NCBI GenBank assembly: GCA_965215565.1
Contig: CBDCDZ010000004.1
Span: 704,001 to 768,000, forward strand
Source: Trueperaceae bacterium
Lineage (GTDB): Bacteria; Deinococcota; Deinococci; Deinococcales; Trueperaceae
Direction of reading: 5' to 3'
DNA length: 64,000 bases
The notes under the pieces are model-generated. The model was not told the origin of the DNA. It saw nothing but the letters and a program-made list of their open reading frames with translations, and did no database searches. The translations under genes and the position numbers were made by a program. Shown one piece after another: positions 55,451-64,000 of the stretch (position 1 is its first letter; each line of letters starts with the position of its first letter).

Positions 55451-57997
55451 TCACGCCCAGCGGATGCTGTGCGAGTCGAAGGCGTTGACGAGGTGCTCGT
55501 GGACTGGGTAGACCCGCACGCCGTACGACAAGCGTCCGCTGATTTCAGGCTTGAAGCTCGTGCGGTACAAGCTGCCGCCGTCGGCGTAGGACTCGACGCA
55601 TTCCAGAGGCACCTTGCGCAGGTTCTGTTTGAGTTCGTCCTCTTCGGGGCTGTAGACGAGTTCAACGCGCAAGTCGGACGCCTCAAGCTCTTTGGTATTG
55701 AGAACCGCCTCGACGGTGATAGCGTCGCCGATATTCGCGGTGCGCTCGCTCGCGGCTTTAGCGGTGAAGTAGAGCGTATGCCAGCTCCTCTGAACGTGCT
55801 GCCGCCACTTCGCGAGGTCAGCGGCAGCGGCGAAGTCGCCCGCCTCCATGACCTCGGTGCGCTCTGAGCCAGGCGCGTAGAACTTATTCACGTAGTCTTT
55901 GACCATGCGCTGTGCGTTGAAGTTAGGGCTGACGGTTGCGATTGCGTCCTTCGAGCGCCTCAACCACTCTTGGGGCAGCCCACTCTCGTCACGCTCGTAG
56001 TAGAGCGGTACGACTTCTCGCTCCAAGAGGTCGTAGAGCGCGTCCGCGTCGGCGGCGTCGGCGAGTTCGGGATCGGTGATATCTCTGCCTGCACCAATAG
56101 CCCAGCCGTTTTCGCCGTCGTAGCCTTCGGGCCACCAGCCGTCTAAGATGCTCAGGTTCAAGACGCCGTTCATCGCCGCTTTCTGTCCGCTCGTGCCCGA
56201 CGCTTCAAGCGGTCTGCGCGGGTTGTTGAGCCACACGTCCGTCCCTCTCGTAATGGCGCGCCCCACCGCCATGTCGTAATCTTCAACAAAGATGATCTTA
56301 CCCTTGAAGCGCGGATCGTTAGACAAGTTCTGAATCTTTTCGATCAACTCTTGCCCTGGCTTATCAGCGGGGTGCGCCTTGCCCGAAAAGACGAGTTGGA
56401 CGGGCATGTCAGGCTTGTTGAGGATGCGCGCGAGCCGGTCTAGGTCTCTAAAGATCAGCGTGGCGCGTTTGTATGTCGCGAAGCGGCGGGCGAAGCCGAT
56501 GGTCAGCGCATTTTGGTCGAAGAGCGTGTCCACGTAGCGGAAGTCCGAGGGACCTGCGCCGTGCCGCTCTAACTGCGTGTGAATCCGCCGCCTAAAAAAG
56601 TCGATGGTCTGCGCGTTGAGGGCGCGGCGCGCCTCCCAGAGCTTGGCAGAATCCACCTCTTTCACCTGCTGCCACATTTCAGCGTCGTCCGGGCGGCTGC
56701 GCCAATCGTCGGGCAAGACCTCGTCGGTCAGGCTCTGAATTTCGGGCGAGACCCACGTCGCGGCGTGAACGCCGTTGGTGATGTGGTCGATGGGCACCTC
56801 TTCGGTGGGCACTTCGGGCCAGAGGTCGTTCCAGATGCGCCTCGAGGTCTCGCCGTGCAGCTCGGCAACGCCGTTACGCCCGCTCGAGAAGCGGAGCGCC
56901 AGCGCGGGCATACTAAAGACCGGACCCCAACCGTGGTCGTGGCGAGCGAGATCGAAAAACTGCTGTTGAGACAATCCGAGTGAGCCCCAGTAGCCGCTGA
57001 AAAAGTGTGTGATGAGTTCGAAAGGGAACGCATCGTTGCCCGCCGCGACGGGCGTATGCACCGTGAAGTTCGTCCCGGCGACGACTGCTTCGCGCGCCTG
57101 ATCGAAGCTCACGCCGCCCTCGACGAGTTCGCGGCAGCGCTCTAAAGGCATAAAAGCGCTGTGCCCCTCGTTCATGTGCCACGCCGTCGGCTCGATATTT
57201 AGTGCGCGCAAGAGCCGCACGCCGCCGATGCCCAAGATAATCTCCTGCGCGATGCGCGTGCGTTGATCGCCGCCGTAAAGCCGCGCCAAGAGCGCCCGGT
57301 CTTCGGGGCTGTTTTCAGGCACGTCGGTGTCGAGCAGATAGACCTTGACCGCGCCCACCGAAAGGAGCCACGCCCGCAGTTCCACCTCACGGCTGTGGAG
57401 CGTCACGCGGACGCGGACCTCGTCACCGTTCTCGTCCTTGACCGGCTTAAAGGGCATCTCGCTCGGGCTGAGGCGCTCGTAGACCGCTTCTTGCTTGCCG
57501 TTCGCGCCGACTTGCTGGTGAAAGTACCCTTCGGGGTACCAAAGACCTACCGCGACGAGCGGCACGCCCAAGTCCGAGGCAGCCTTTGTGTGGTCACCCG
57601 CCAAGATGCCCAAACCGCCCGAATAGAGCGCGACGGCTTCGTGCCAGCCATATTCGGCGCAGAAGTAGGCGTAGACGTGATCCGAAGACGCGCCGTACGT
57701 TCTCTTAAACCAGCTCTGAGGCGAATCCAGGTAGGCGTCAAAAGCTTCGATGACGTCGTCGTAGAGCGCGAGGTATTCGTCGTTTTGCACGGCGGCCTCG
57801 AGCTTGCGCTGCTCGATGTCGCGCAGCATCGCTACGGGGCTGTGCCCAACGCGCTCCCACAGCTCGCGGTCCAAACGGCGAAAGATGCGCCGCGCGTCGG
57901 GACGCCAGGTCCAGTAGAGGTTGTGCGCTAACTCGTCTAGGCGCGCGATACGCTCGGGCAGGTCAGGCAGGACAGTCACACGTCCGAGGACATTCAT
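55451..57997 (-). CDS. glgP: Alpha-glucan (glycogen/maltodextrin) phosphorylase
   Basis: YSGGLGILAGDH, HMNEGH, HTPV.AG, GFARRFATYKR and PLP site EASGTSGQKA..NG. Confidence 0.96.
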   Translation of the reverse strand: MNVLGRVTVLPDLPERIARLDELAHNLYWTWRPDARRIFRRLDRELWERVGHSPVAMLRDIEQRKLEAAVQNDEYLALYDDVIEAFDAYLDSPQSWFKRTYGASSDHVYAYFCAEYGWHEAVALYSGGLGILAGDHTKAASDLGVPLVAVGLWYPEGYFHQQVGANGKQEAVYERLSPSEMPFKPVKDENGDEVRVRVTLHSREVELRAWLLSVGAVKVYLLDTDVPENSPEDRALLARLYGGDQRTRIAQEIILGIGGVRLLRALNIEPTAWHMNEGHSAFMPLERCRELVEGGVSFDQAREAVVAGTNFTVHTPVAAGNDAFPFELITHFFSGYWGSLGLSQQQFFDLARHDHGWGPVFSMPALALRFSSGRNGVAELHGETSRRIWNDLWPEVPTEEVPIDHITNGVHAATWVSPEIQSLTDEVLPDDWRSRPDDAEMWQQVKEVDSAKLWEARRALNAQTIDFFRRRIHTQLERHGAGPSDFRYVDTLFDQNALTIGFARRFATYKRATLIFRDLDRLARILNKPDMPVQLVFSGKAHPADKPGQELIEKIQNLSNDPRFKGKIIFVEDYDMAVGRAITRGTDVWLNNPRRPLEASGTSGQKAAMNGVLNLSILDGWWPEGYDGENGWAIGAGRDITDPELADAADADALYDLLEREVVPLYYERDESGLPQEWLRRSKDAIATVSPNFNAQRMVKDYVNKFYAPGSERTEVMEAGDFAAAADLAKWRQHVQRSWHTLYFTAKAASERTANIGDAITVEAVLNTKELEASDLRVELVYSPEEDELKQNLRKVPLECVESYADGGSLYRTSFKPEISGRLSYGVRVYPVHEHLVNAFDSHSIRWA

Positions 57998-58354
57998 AGG
58001 GGCTCCTTCTCAGCGGTTGTGGGGATTGGGAAAGGGATAATGGACATTCAACATTGAAATTTACCACTTCTGCGCAGGGTCTGCCTAGAGAAAATAGCCT
58101 CATCTAAACAGGTCACCTCGGCATGGCTGAGGCCAGAACGTATAAGAAATCTGCTCGAGGTTCCCTGATTCCCCACGCATCTTATAACGGAGACGCGGCA
58201 AAATAGCAAGAGAAGACACACTTTTTGCCACTTTTCCAGCGTTGTCCTATATGCTGAGATACAACAGTAAGGAAGAAAGCAGATTATAGCCATCCGAACT
58301 GTTGCCACGTTCTACTCGTCGCCTCTCCTAAAGAATCTGAGTAGCGGCTCTATT

Positions 58355-58404
58355 TGGAACGACAGTGATGTCAAAACAAGGGGTTGCAACCCCTTGTTTA
58401 TCGC
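58355..58404. repeat. REP-like palindromic repeat, copy 2 (perfect 26-bp palindrome AAACAAGGGGTTGCAACCCCTTGTTT)
   Basis: Matches 24378-24427, including the upstream TGGAACGA. Confidence 0.65.
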
Positions 58405-58582
58405 ATGGAGACGGTAAAAGAAGCACACAGTGGCATTCAACTTAGAACCACTACCAGAATTTGCACCCTTTCGCCTCTCCCGCCCCAGCAAACCTATCAG
58501 TAGATTTACTTGACAGCGCATTCAGTTGGCAGCGCATCTGGTTGACAGTACGAGCGCCCGAAGTGAGACAGAATAGAGCTTA

Positions 58583-60184
58583 GTGATTCCTTCAACGCGC
58601 CCTCAACCCCACGAACCGCAAAACCGCGCCCTCCGAACCCGCCGCTGGCCGCCCCTCATCGTCCTCGTGCCAAGCGTCATCGTTGCGGCGTCGGTGCTCT
58701 TGCCGCTCGTCTACCTCGCGCTGCGCTCGTTGGGAGCGGGCACGGACGTCTGGTCTTTTATCTTGCGTCCGCGCACACTCGGGGTGGTGTGGCGCAGCCT
58801 GGCGTTAGCCTTTTGCGTGACGACGGCGAGCCTGGCGCTCGCTCTGCCCACCGCGTGGCTCACGCTCCGCACCGATTTGGCGTTGCGACGCCTCTGGTTC
58901 GTGCTCAGCGTGTTGCCGCTCGTCATCCCTAGCTTCGTGGGCGCATTTGCGCTCGTCTCGGCTTTCGCGCCCGGCGGTCTCGTCACGGCTTGGCTACCTT
59001 TCGGGGTGCCGAGTCCCTACGGTTTCTGGGGTGCGTTCGTCGTGCTCACGCTCTTTAACTACCCCTACATGCTCCTCGCTATTCGGAGCGGTTTGCGCGG
59101 GCTTGACCCGAGTTTGGAGGAGGCGGCGCGGAGCCTCGGGAGAACGCCCTGGCAAACTTTCATGGAGGTGACGCTGCCGCACCTGCGCCCCGCCATCGCC
59201 GCCGGTGCGCTCCTCGTCTCGCTCTACGTGTTATCGGATTTCGGCGCGGTCTCGATGTTGCGCGTGGAGACCTTTACTCAAGCGATTTATGTCCAGTACA
59301 AAGGCTCTTTTAACCGCGCCAACGCCGCCGTCTTGGGGCTCATGCTCGTCGCGCTTATCGGAACCGTGATGCTCGTAGACGCGGTCGTGCGCGGACGTTC
59401 ACGTTTAGACAGGCTCGGCTCAGGGGCGGCGCGCAAGCCTGCGCTCATCAAGCTCGGCGCGTGGGGGTGGGCGGCGCAGCTCTTTTTAAGCAGCGTGACC
59501 CTTTTCGCGCTCGTCGCGCCCGTATCCGTGATGCTGGTGTGGTTCTGGCGAGGCGTCCAAAGCGGCCAGGCACTCTCCACCGAACTCTCCCCCATCTGGA
59601 ACGCGGTCAGCGTCTCGCTCTTAGCAGCGCTCATCACGAGTCTCGCGGCGGTGCCTATCGCGGTATTAGCAGTGCGCTTTCCCTCCAGGATTAGCGCCTC
59701 CTTAGAACGCCTGACCTACGTCGGCTACGCACTACCAGGTATCGTCGTCGCACTCTCCCTAGTCTTCTTCGGCGCACGCTACGCGCCCTGGCTCTACCAG
59801 ACTAGGGCGATGCTCGTCTTCGCCTACGCGGTGCTCTTTTTGCCGCAGGCGGTGGGCAACGTGCGGGCGACACTCCTACAGGTCAACCCGCACTTGGAGG
59901 AGGCGGCGCGGAGCTTGGGGAGGGGCCGGACGCGGACCCTCTTAGAGGTCACGCTGCCGCTTGTGCGGAGCGGACTCATCACGGGCGCAGCCATCGTCTT
60001 TTTAACGAGCATGAAGGAGTTGCCCGCGACGCTCCTCTTGAGCCCCATCGAATTCAACACGCTCGCCACGCGCATCTGGTCGTGGACCACCGAGGCGTTT
60101 TTCGCGCAAGCCGCCCCCTACGCGCTGCTCTTGGTGCTCGTATCGTCGCTTTCGGTTGGCATTTTGTTGTCGCAAGAGGAGTAG
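58583..60184 (+). CDS. Fe(III) ABC transporter permease (FbpB/SfuB-like)
   Basis: Two fused permease halves, each with EEAARSLG; SDFGAV, ALPGIV and MKELPATL.L.P. Confidence 0.9.
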   Translation: MIPSTRPQPHEPQNRALRTRRWPPLIVLVPSVIVAASVLLPLVYLALRSLGAGTDVWSFILRPRTLGVVWRSLALAFCVTTASLALALPTAWLTLRTDLALRRLWFVLSVLPLVIPSFVGAFALVSAFAPGGLVTAWLPFGVPSPYGFWGAFVVLTLFNYPYMLLAIRSGLRGLDPSLEEAARSLGRTPWQTFMEVTLPHLRPAIAAGALLVSLYVLSDFGAVSMLRVETFTQAIYVQYKGSFNRANAAVLGLMLVALIGTVMLVDAVVRGRSRLDRLGSGAARKPALIKLGAWGWAAQLFLSSVTLFALVAPVSVMLVWFWRGVQSGQALSTELSPIWNAVSVSLLAALITSLAAVPIAVLAVRFPSRISASLERLTYVGYALPGIVVALSLVFFGARYAPWLYQTRAMLVFAYAVLFLPQAVGNVRATLLQVNPHLEEAARSLGRGRTRTLLEVTLPLVRSGLITGAAIVFLTSMKELPATLLLSPIEFNTLATRIWSWTTEAFFAQAAPYALLLVLVSSLSVGILLSQEE

Positions 60185-60997
60185 TTAGTCGGACTCGAAA
60201 TACGCCTCGAACAGCTCGGGATTAAAAGAGCTTACCGAGACGATTTCTTGCGCCACAAGGACTACTTCGAAGTCGTGGGCTAAGGCGCTCATCTCCGGGT
60301 GGCGTGCGGCGCGGCGGTAGACCTCTGCTACGATCTCCTCTTCGGTGAAGCCGGGAAGCCCTAACGTCACCTCTTCGATGAGTTGAACGTAAATCTCTTC
60401 GATGCGCGTCTGCACACCCGCGTGCGTCGCTTCGTAATTGACATTCAAGGTAAGACTGTGCGTCTTTTCGTCGCGGTAGCCGCTACGCACGAGCCTTAGC
60501 CGCACGCTTTCGACGCGCCTCGCCGGGTTGATAGAAGACACCACGCGCCCGACGTATACTTTGCCAGAGCGAAGCGTCACCGAGAGCAGCGCTTGCGTCT
60601 CCAGGTGCTCAATGAGCAACACCTCTAAAGGGTCGCCCGCCTGAAGGATAAGCCGCCGCACGAGGTTCTCTACACGCAGCGCGGGCACAAAAAAGCGCAA
60701 GAGGTTGAGGGGCCACCAGAGCGCCGCGCCCAAGAGAAAACCGAGCACGGCCTGGGCTGAATCGTCTATGGTGACGACGCTATACCACCACGCGAGTATC
60801 TGCCGTAACGGAAACGTCGCCCCGAGACCTACGACCAAAAAGTGTGCGAGGAGAAGAAACAGCCCACCCGCCACCGACGCGGCGAAGACGAGCTTATATC
60901 CCCCTGCGCGCTGCGACCAGTAGCGCAGCGGAAGCCAGAGGCTCACAAAGATAAAGCCGCCTAAAAGGGGCGGCAAAAAGAGGTTGACTGTAGGCAC
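60185..60997 (-). CDS. Hypothetical membrane protein with a C-terminal Sm-like beta domain (DUF6338-like architecture)
   Basis: About three N-terminal TM segments, then VTLRSGKVYVG...SGYRD...EIVSVS.F. Confidence 0.7.
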   Translation of the reverse strand: MPTVNLFLPPLLGGFIFVSLWLPLRYWSQRAGGYKLVFAASVAGGLFLLLAHFLVVGLGATFPLRQILAWWYSVVTIDDSAQAVLGFLLGAALWWPLNLLRFFVPALRVENLVRRLILQAGDPLEVLLIEHLETQALLSVTLRSGKVYVGRVVSSINPARRVESVRLRLVRSGYRDEKTHSLTLNVNYEATHAGVQTRIEEIYVQLIEEVTLGLPGFTEEEIVAEVYRRAARHPEMSALAHDFEVVLVAQEIVSVSSFNPELFEAYFESD

Positions 60998-61212
60998 TAT
61001 TCTTCGGGTGTGGCTTCGCCTTTTTGCCTGGTACCTCTTTGCCTAGCGTCCAAGCGTTGCCGAACTAAACTGCGCAAGGTCTGGGGGGATATCGCTGCGA
61101 CCGCGCTCTCCACATAGGGCGTGCCCGAGCGGGTAAATTTAACAGGTACGACGGTTTTCCGCTCTGACCCAGTCTCACGTTCTGCGCCAGCGGGCAAGGT
61201 AATACTCGCCAT
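60997..61212 (-). CDS. Small hypothetical protein (71 aa) coupled to the downstream membrane protein
   Basis: SD AAGGAG and TATACT upstream; its stop overlaps the next GTG (TAGTG). Confidence 0.6.
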   Translation of the reverse strand: MASITLPAGAERETGSERKTVVPVKFTRSGTPYVESAVAAISPQTLRSLVRQRLDARQRGTRQKGEATPEE

Positions 61213-61271
61213 GATTCACGCTCCTTGCGCTCAGTATAGCAGACGTGCAAATTTCAGAGGGTGATGTTTCA

Positions 61272-61301
61272 ACGACGCGCCGCCGCTGGGCGGCGCGTCG
61301 T
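61272..61301. terminator. Hairpin ACGACGCGCCGCC-GCTG-GGCGGCGCGTCGT
   Basis: Perfect 13-bp GC-rich stem with a weak U-tail. Confidence 0.5.
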
Positions 61302-61542
61302 CAAGAGGTCGCATGGTCTCTCCCAAATCGTCCCGGTCCTGGTAGACGGTTCCGTGCAAGGAGCAAATTGCGCGAAGAGGTCGTGAGAACGCGCATTATC
61401 CTTCCGCCGAACGCTCCGTCAAACGGGGATACACTAAGCAGTCGGTTGAGCAAGGTCTTGTATAGAGGAACCAAGAATACAGAATGGGAGCCTATATTCT
61501 TCATTCTGTATTCCTCCTTCATGCGGTGTGACCTGGTCCTCT

Positions 61543-62484
61543 TTACCCCTCCAGCCGTTCCGGGTGCTTCTTCTGCCAATACCGCTTGAGCCCCATCACC
61601 GTCATCGCGTCGTTCGAGGTGACGCGGTGGCGCTCCACAACCGCTTCGGAGGCGTTCTCAGCGTCTAGCTCTTTGCGGGACAACCGCTCGAGCCTCGCCC
61701 CGAGTTCATCGTCCTCTTCGCCCCGCTGAAGCCCCGCTAAGACCTCCTCTGCCCACGCCGTATTCTTCTCCGCCACCTCAACCAAGTGCGCGTCCACCTC
61801 TTTCACCTCGCCAAAGTGGGTCAAGAGAAGCCGCTCCGCCCCCGCTTGGCGGATGACCTGGAGCGTATCTTCCCACGCCTCTAAGTCCACTTCGGGGGGC
61901 GGCAAGGCGGGGCGCACCACGCCTGAGCCGGGCAGCCGAATCGCCGCCGCGTCACCCGTAAACAGCGCGCTCTTTTCCATAAGATACGCCACGTGATGTG
62001 AGGCGTGACCAGGCGTGTAGAGCACGTCAAAACGCCTGCCTGCCGCCTGAAAGGTCTCACCGTCACGCACGACGCGCAGGAGGTTTCGCGGTAGAGGCTC
62101 CATCTCGCCCCAGAGCGTCTCCATTTGACTGCCGTAGATGCGCGCCGCGCTCTTCATGAGGCGGCTCGGGTCCAAGAGGTGAGGCGCGCCGTTTTCGTGG
62201 ACGTAGACCTCGGCGCTGTAGCGCCGCGCGAGCGTGCCTGCCGCGCCCGCGTGGTCGAGGTGGATGTGGGTGACCATGACGCTTTCAAGACCTTCGGGCT
62301 CGAAGCCCGCCTCGCGAACCGCGGCTTCTAAGGTGTCCAACGTCGAGCCCGGTCCGCTCTCGACTAGGGCGAAGCTGCCGCCCGGTCCGGGCACGAGGTA
62401 CGCACCCACCGTTCCTTGGTAGCCCATGTGCCGCGTGTCGAGCAAAAAGACGTCGCCTAACTTCTGCGCTAAAGGAAGGTTCAT
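61543..62484 (-). CDS. Metallo-beta-lactamase fold hydrolase
   Basis: THIHLDHAG, TPGHASHH, FTGD and LTHFG. Confidence 0.92.
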   Translation of the reverse strand: MNLPLAQKLGDVFLLDTRHMGYQGTVGAYLVPGPGGSFALVESGPGSTLDTLEAAVREAGFEPEGLESVMVTHIHLDHAGAAGTLARRYSAEVYVHENGAPHLLDPSRLMKSAARIYGSQMETLWGEMEPLPRNLLRVVRDGETFQAAGRRFDVLYTPGHASHHVAYLMEKSALFTGDAAAIRLPGSGVVRPALPPPEVDLEAWEDTLQVIRQAGAERLLLTHFGEVKEVDAHLVEVAEKNTAWAEEVLAGLQRGEEDDELGARLERLSRKELDAENASEAVVERHRVTSNDAMTVMGLKRYWQKKHPERLEG

Positions 62485-63257
62485 CCTGCCTCCACCCGGT
62501 TTTTCAGCGTGCCGACGCCTTCGACGCTGACCTCGACTTCGTCGCCCACGTGCAGGGGTCCGACACCGTCGGGCGTACCCGTCAGCACCACGTCACCCGG
62601 CTCTAAGGTCATAAAAGTGCTGATATAAGCGAGGACCGCGGGGACGGAAAAGATGAGGTCCGACGTGTTGCCGCTTTGTCTAAGCTCGCCGTTGACGCGC
62701 GTTTGTACGCTCAGGCTGCTCGTGTCTAAATCGGTCTCGAGCCACGGTCCGAGCGGGCAAAACCCGTCGGCGGACTTCCCCCTTGTCCACTGCAAGTCGC
62801 TCTGCTGCTTGTCGCGCGCGGTCACGTCTAGCGCGCAGGTGTAGCCGAGCACATGGGACAGGGCGTCCGCTTCCGCAACCTCTTTCATGCGCCGCCCGAT
62901 GACGACGGCGAGTTCGCCCTCGTAATGCAAATTTTTCGTCCACGAGGGGTAAGGGACCGGGTCCCCTGGGTTGGAAAGCGTGTTGAGCGCTTTGAGGAAG
63001 AGCCCCGGCTCGCTCGGCAGATGCCCTTCGTCGCCGCCCATCTCCCTGATATGTTTCGCGTAGTTTCTGCCGACGCAGACGATGGCGCGCGGTTCACAAG
63101 GCGCGAGGAGGGTCACGTCGGACAGCGCCATCTCCGTCAACGCCAAATCCTCATCTTTATGCTCACTCGTCATGTCCATTAGGGGATGAATCCGTTCGCC
63201 TTCTAGTTCGCCCCAGTGTACGCCGTCAGCGTCCCTATACTTCACACGTTTCAACAC
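62481..63257 (-). CDS. Fumarylacetoacetate hydrolase family protein
   Basis: VGRNY..H..E, YEGELAVVIG, DVTARD.Q, GKS.D.FCPLGP and TL.PGDVVLTGTP.GVG. Confidence 0.94.
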   Translation of the reverse strand: MLKRVKYRDADGVHWGELEGERIHPLMDMTSEHKDEDLALTEMALSDVTLLAPCEPRAIVCVGRNYAKHIREMGGDEGHLPSEPGLFLKALNTLSNPGDPVPYPSWTKNLHYEGELAVVIGRRMKEVAEADALSHVLGYTCALDVTARDKQQSDLQWTRGKSADGFCPLGPWLETDLDTSSLSVQTRVNGELRQSGNTSDLIFSVPAVLAYISTFMTLEPGDVVLTGTPDGVGPLHVGDEVEVSVEGVGTLKNRVEAG

Positions 63258-63295
63258 GTCACCTCTTCCAAGCCGTTCTATACTGAGTTCATTCG

Positions 63296-63438
63296 AGCAG
63301 GTATCATTCGGTCAAAGAGCCTAAAGTACACCTTTGAACGCGACGTACACCTCTAGGCAGCAAACTTGTATACCACTTTCAGTGAAACTCGTCCGCGGAG
63401 CAGCTTTCGCACTTCGCATTTAAGACAAAATCCTGCTA
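63296..63438 (-). mobile_element. Diverged MITE-like small repeat
   Basis: Starts AGCAGGTATCATTCGGTCAAAGAG (similar to the reverse complement of the family right end) and ends CCTGCTA. Confidence 0.5.
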
Positions 63439-63660
63439 GCTTCGCTGAGACCCTTCGCCAGTTACACAGTTTCCCGACTCTACCGAAGCGCGAAGCGTCA
63501 GGAAGGCAAGACTTCACAAGCGACATTCTGCCTCAATATAGTTGGGTACTGCTGTTAACCAAAAGCATCTTACCCGAGCCGGCGGTATTGTACCCCGGAC
63601 GCGCGCCCGCCTGCCCCGCCACCTGAACCGTCGCCCATCTGGGCGTGTCATGCTTAGCGG

Positions 63661-64000
63661 GTGGCGCAACCTCTTATCTTCTTCCCTACAGTTGCCGCCG
63701 GCGGTGGACACGTGGCGACAGCACGGGCGATGGCGCAGGCAGTAGAGGCGCATTATCCGGGCGCGTTTCGCACTGAAGTGTCGGACTATATGCTCGAGCT
63801 GGGCGAACGGCATCCTGACATCCACACCCTCGACGCGCAGCATAAAGCCTCGTGGCGGGTTGCGCTCAAGTATCCCCTGCTCGCCCGCTACGGACAGCAC
63901 GCGCTCGACGCCTTCCCCGCGCTCACGCGCGCCGTTCAGCGGAGGCAACTACGCCCCTTCGCGGCGCACGCGGCTAAGGATTTGCGCGCGCGCGCGCCCG
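63661..64000 (+). CDS. MGDG synthase / diacylglycerol glycosyltransferase family (5' part, runs off the window)
   Basis: Not in the ORF track. GTG 63661 reads MAQPLIFFPTVAAGGGHVATARAMAQAV..., with the GGGH..A.A motif of GT28/MGDG synthases, and stays open to the window end. Confidence 0.75.
   Translation, partial: MAQPLIFFPTVAAGGGHVATARAMAQAVEAHYPGAFRTEVSDYMLELGERHPDIHTLDAQHKASWRVALKYPLLARYGQHALDAFPALTRAVQRRQLRPFAAHAAKDLRARAP

Noticed and set aside
58048..58521. Low-GC ORFs 58048-58308 and 58312-58521
   Set aside because: No recognisable motifs, atypical composition, weak starts, and one spans a REP-like palindrome. Treated as non-coding.
61300..61445. Fragments resembling TPP (GGATAATGC), glycine (GGAGAGAC) or ykkC (GGTTCCG) riboswitches
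   Set aside because: Only isolated words match; the remaining conserved elements and their order are absent.
63540..63650. GTCGCCCATCTGGGCG resembling the 3' hairpin of a ZTP (pfl) riboswitch
   Set aside because: The 5' ACUGRCG element and pseudoknot partner are missing on the same strand, and the downstream gene is a lipid glycosyltransferase.
63514..63948. 144-aa minus-strand ORF
   Set aside because: It is antisense to the + strand MGDG-synthase-family reading frame starting at 63661.

Overview
Chromosomal window from a GC-rich bacterium (roughly 55-60% GC by eye). It is most likely Deinococcota, Truepera-like, inferred from the Taq-type polA, frequent leaderless TAnnnT promoters and Deinococcus-type small repeats. 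No rRNA, tRNA, CRISPR array, integrase or transposase was recognised. Main blocks: (i) a polyamine/GABA uptake and catabolism region (1.5-17 kb: gabD, gabT, cupin, a second class-III aminotransferase, flavin amine oxidase, two paralogous GNATs, split potBC / potA-potD) interrupted by lower-GC cassettes; (ii) TRAP permeases, lipoproteins, two CNNM/CBS proteins, ybdK and a GGDEF-RHH + deaminase pair; (iii) an ebo-type cluster (eboD-orf-eboB-eboE-eboC-SGNH-eboF) with no recognisable eboA; (iv) polA, a large PQQ-type dehydrogenase/PKD/CBM lipoprotein, glmM, glgP, an Fe-ABC permease, a two-gene orphan pair, MBL and FAH hydrolases and a partial MGDG-synthase-family gene. The most striking item is a three-gene restriction-modification cassette (3.07-5.03 kb): a stand-alone HARE-HTH gene translationally coupled to a Dam-family m6A methyltransferase, converging on an SphI-like HNH endonuclease. 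Two GCATGC (SphI) sites sit 10 bp apart as an inverted repeat on the predicted promoter, suggesting an undescribed methylation-sensing controller. Intergenic DNA holds several families of small non-autonomous repeats, and CTCGAG appears highly iterated. All family assignments come from motif recognition and memory, not database searches.
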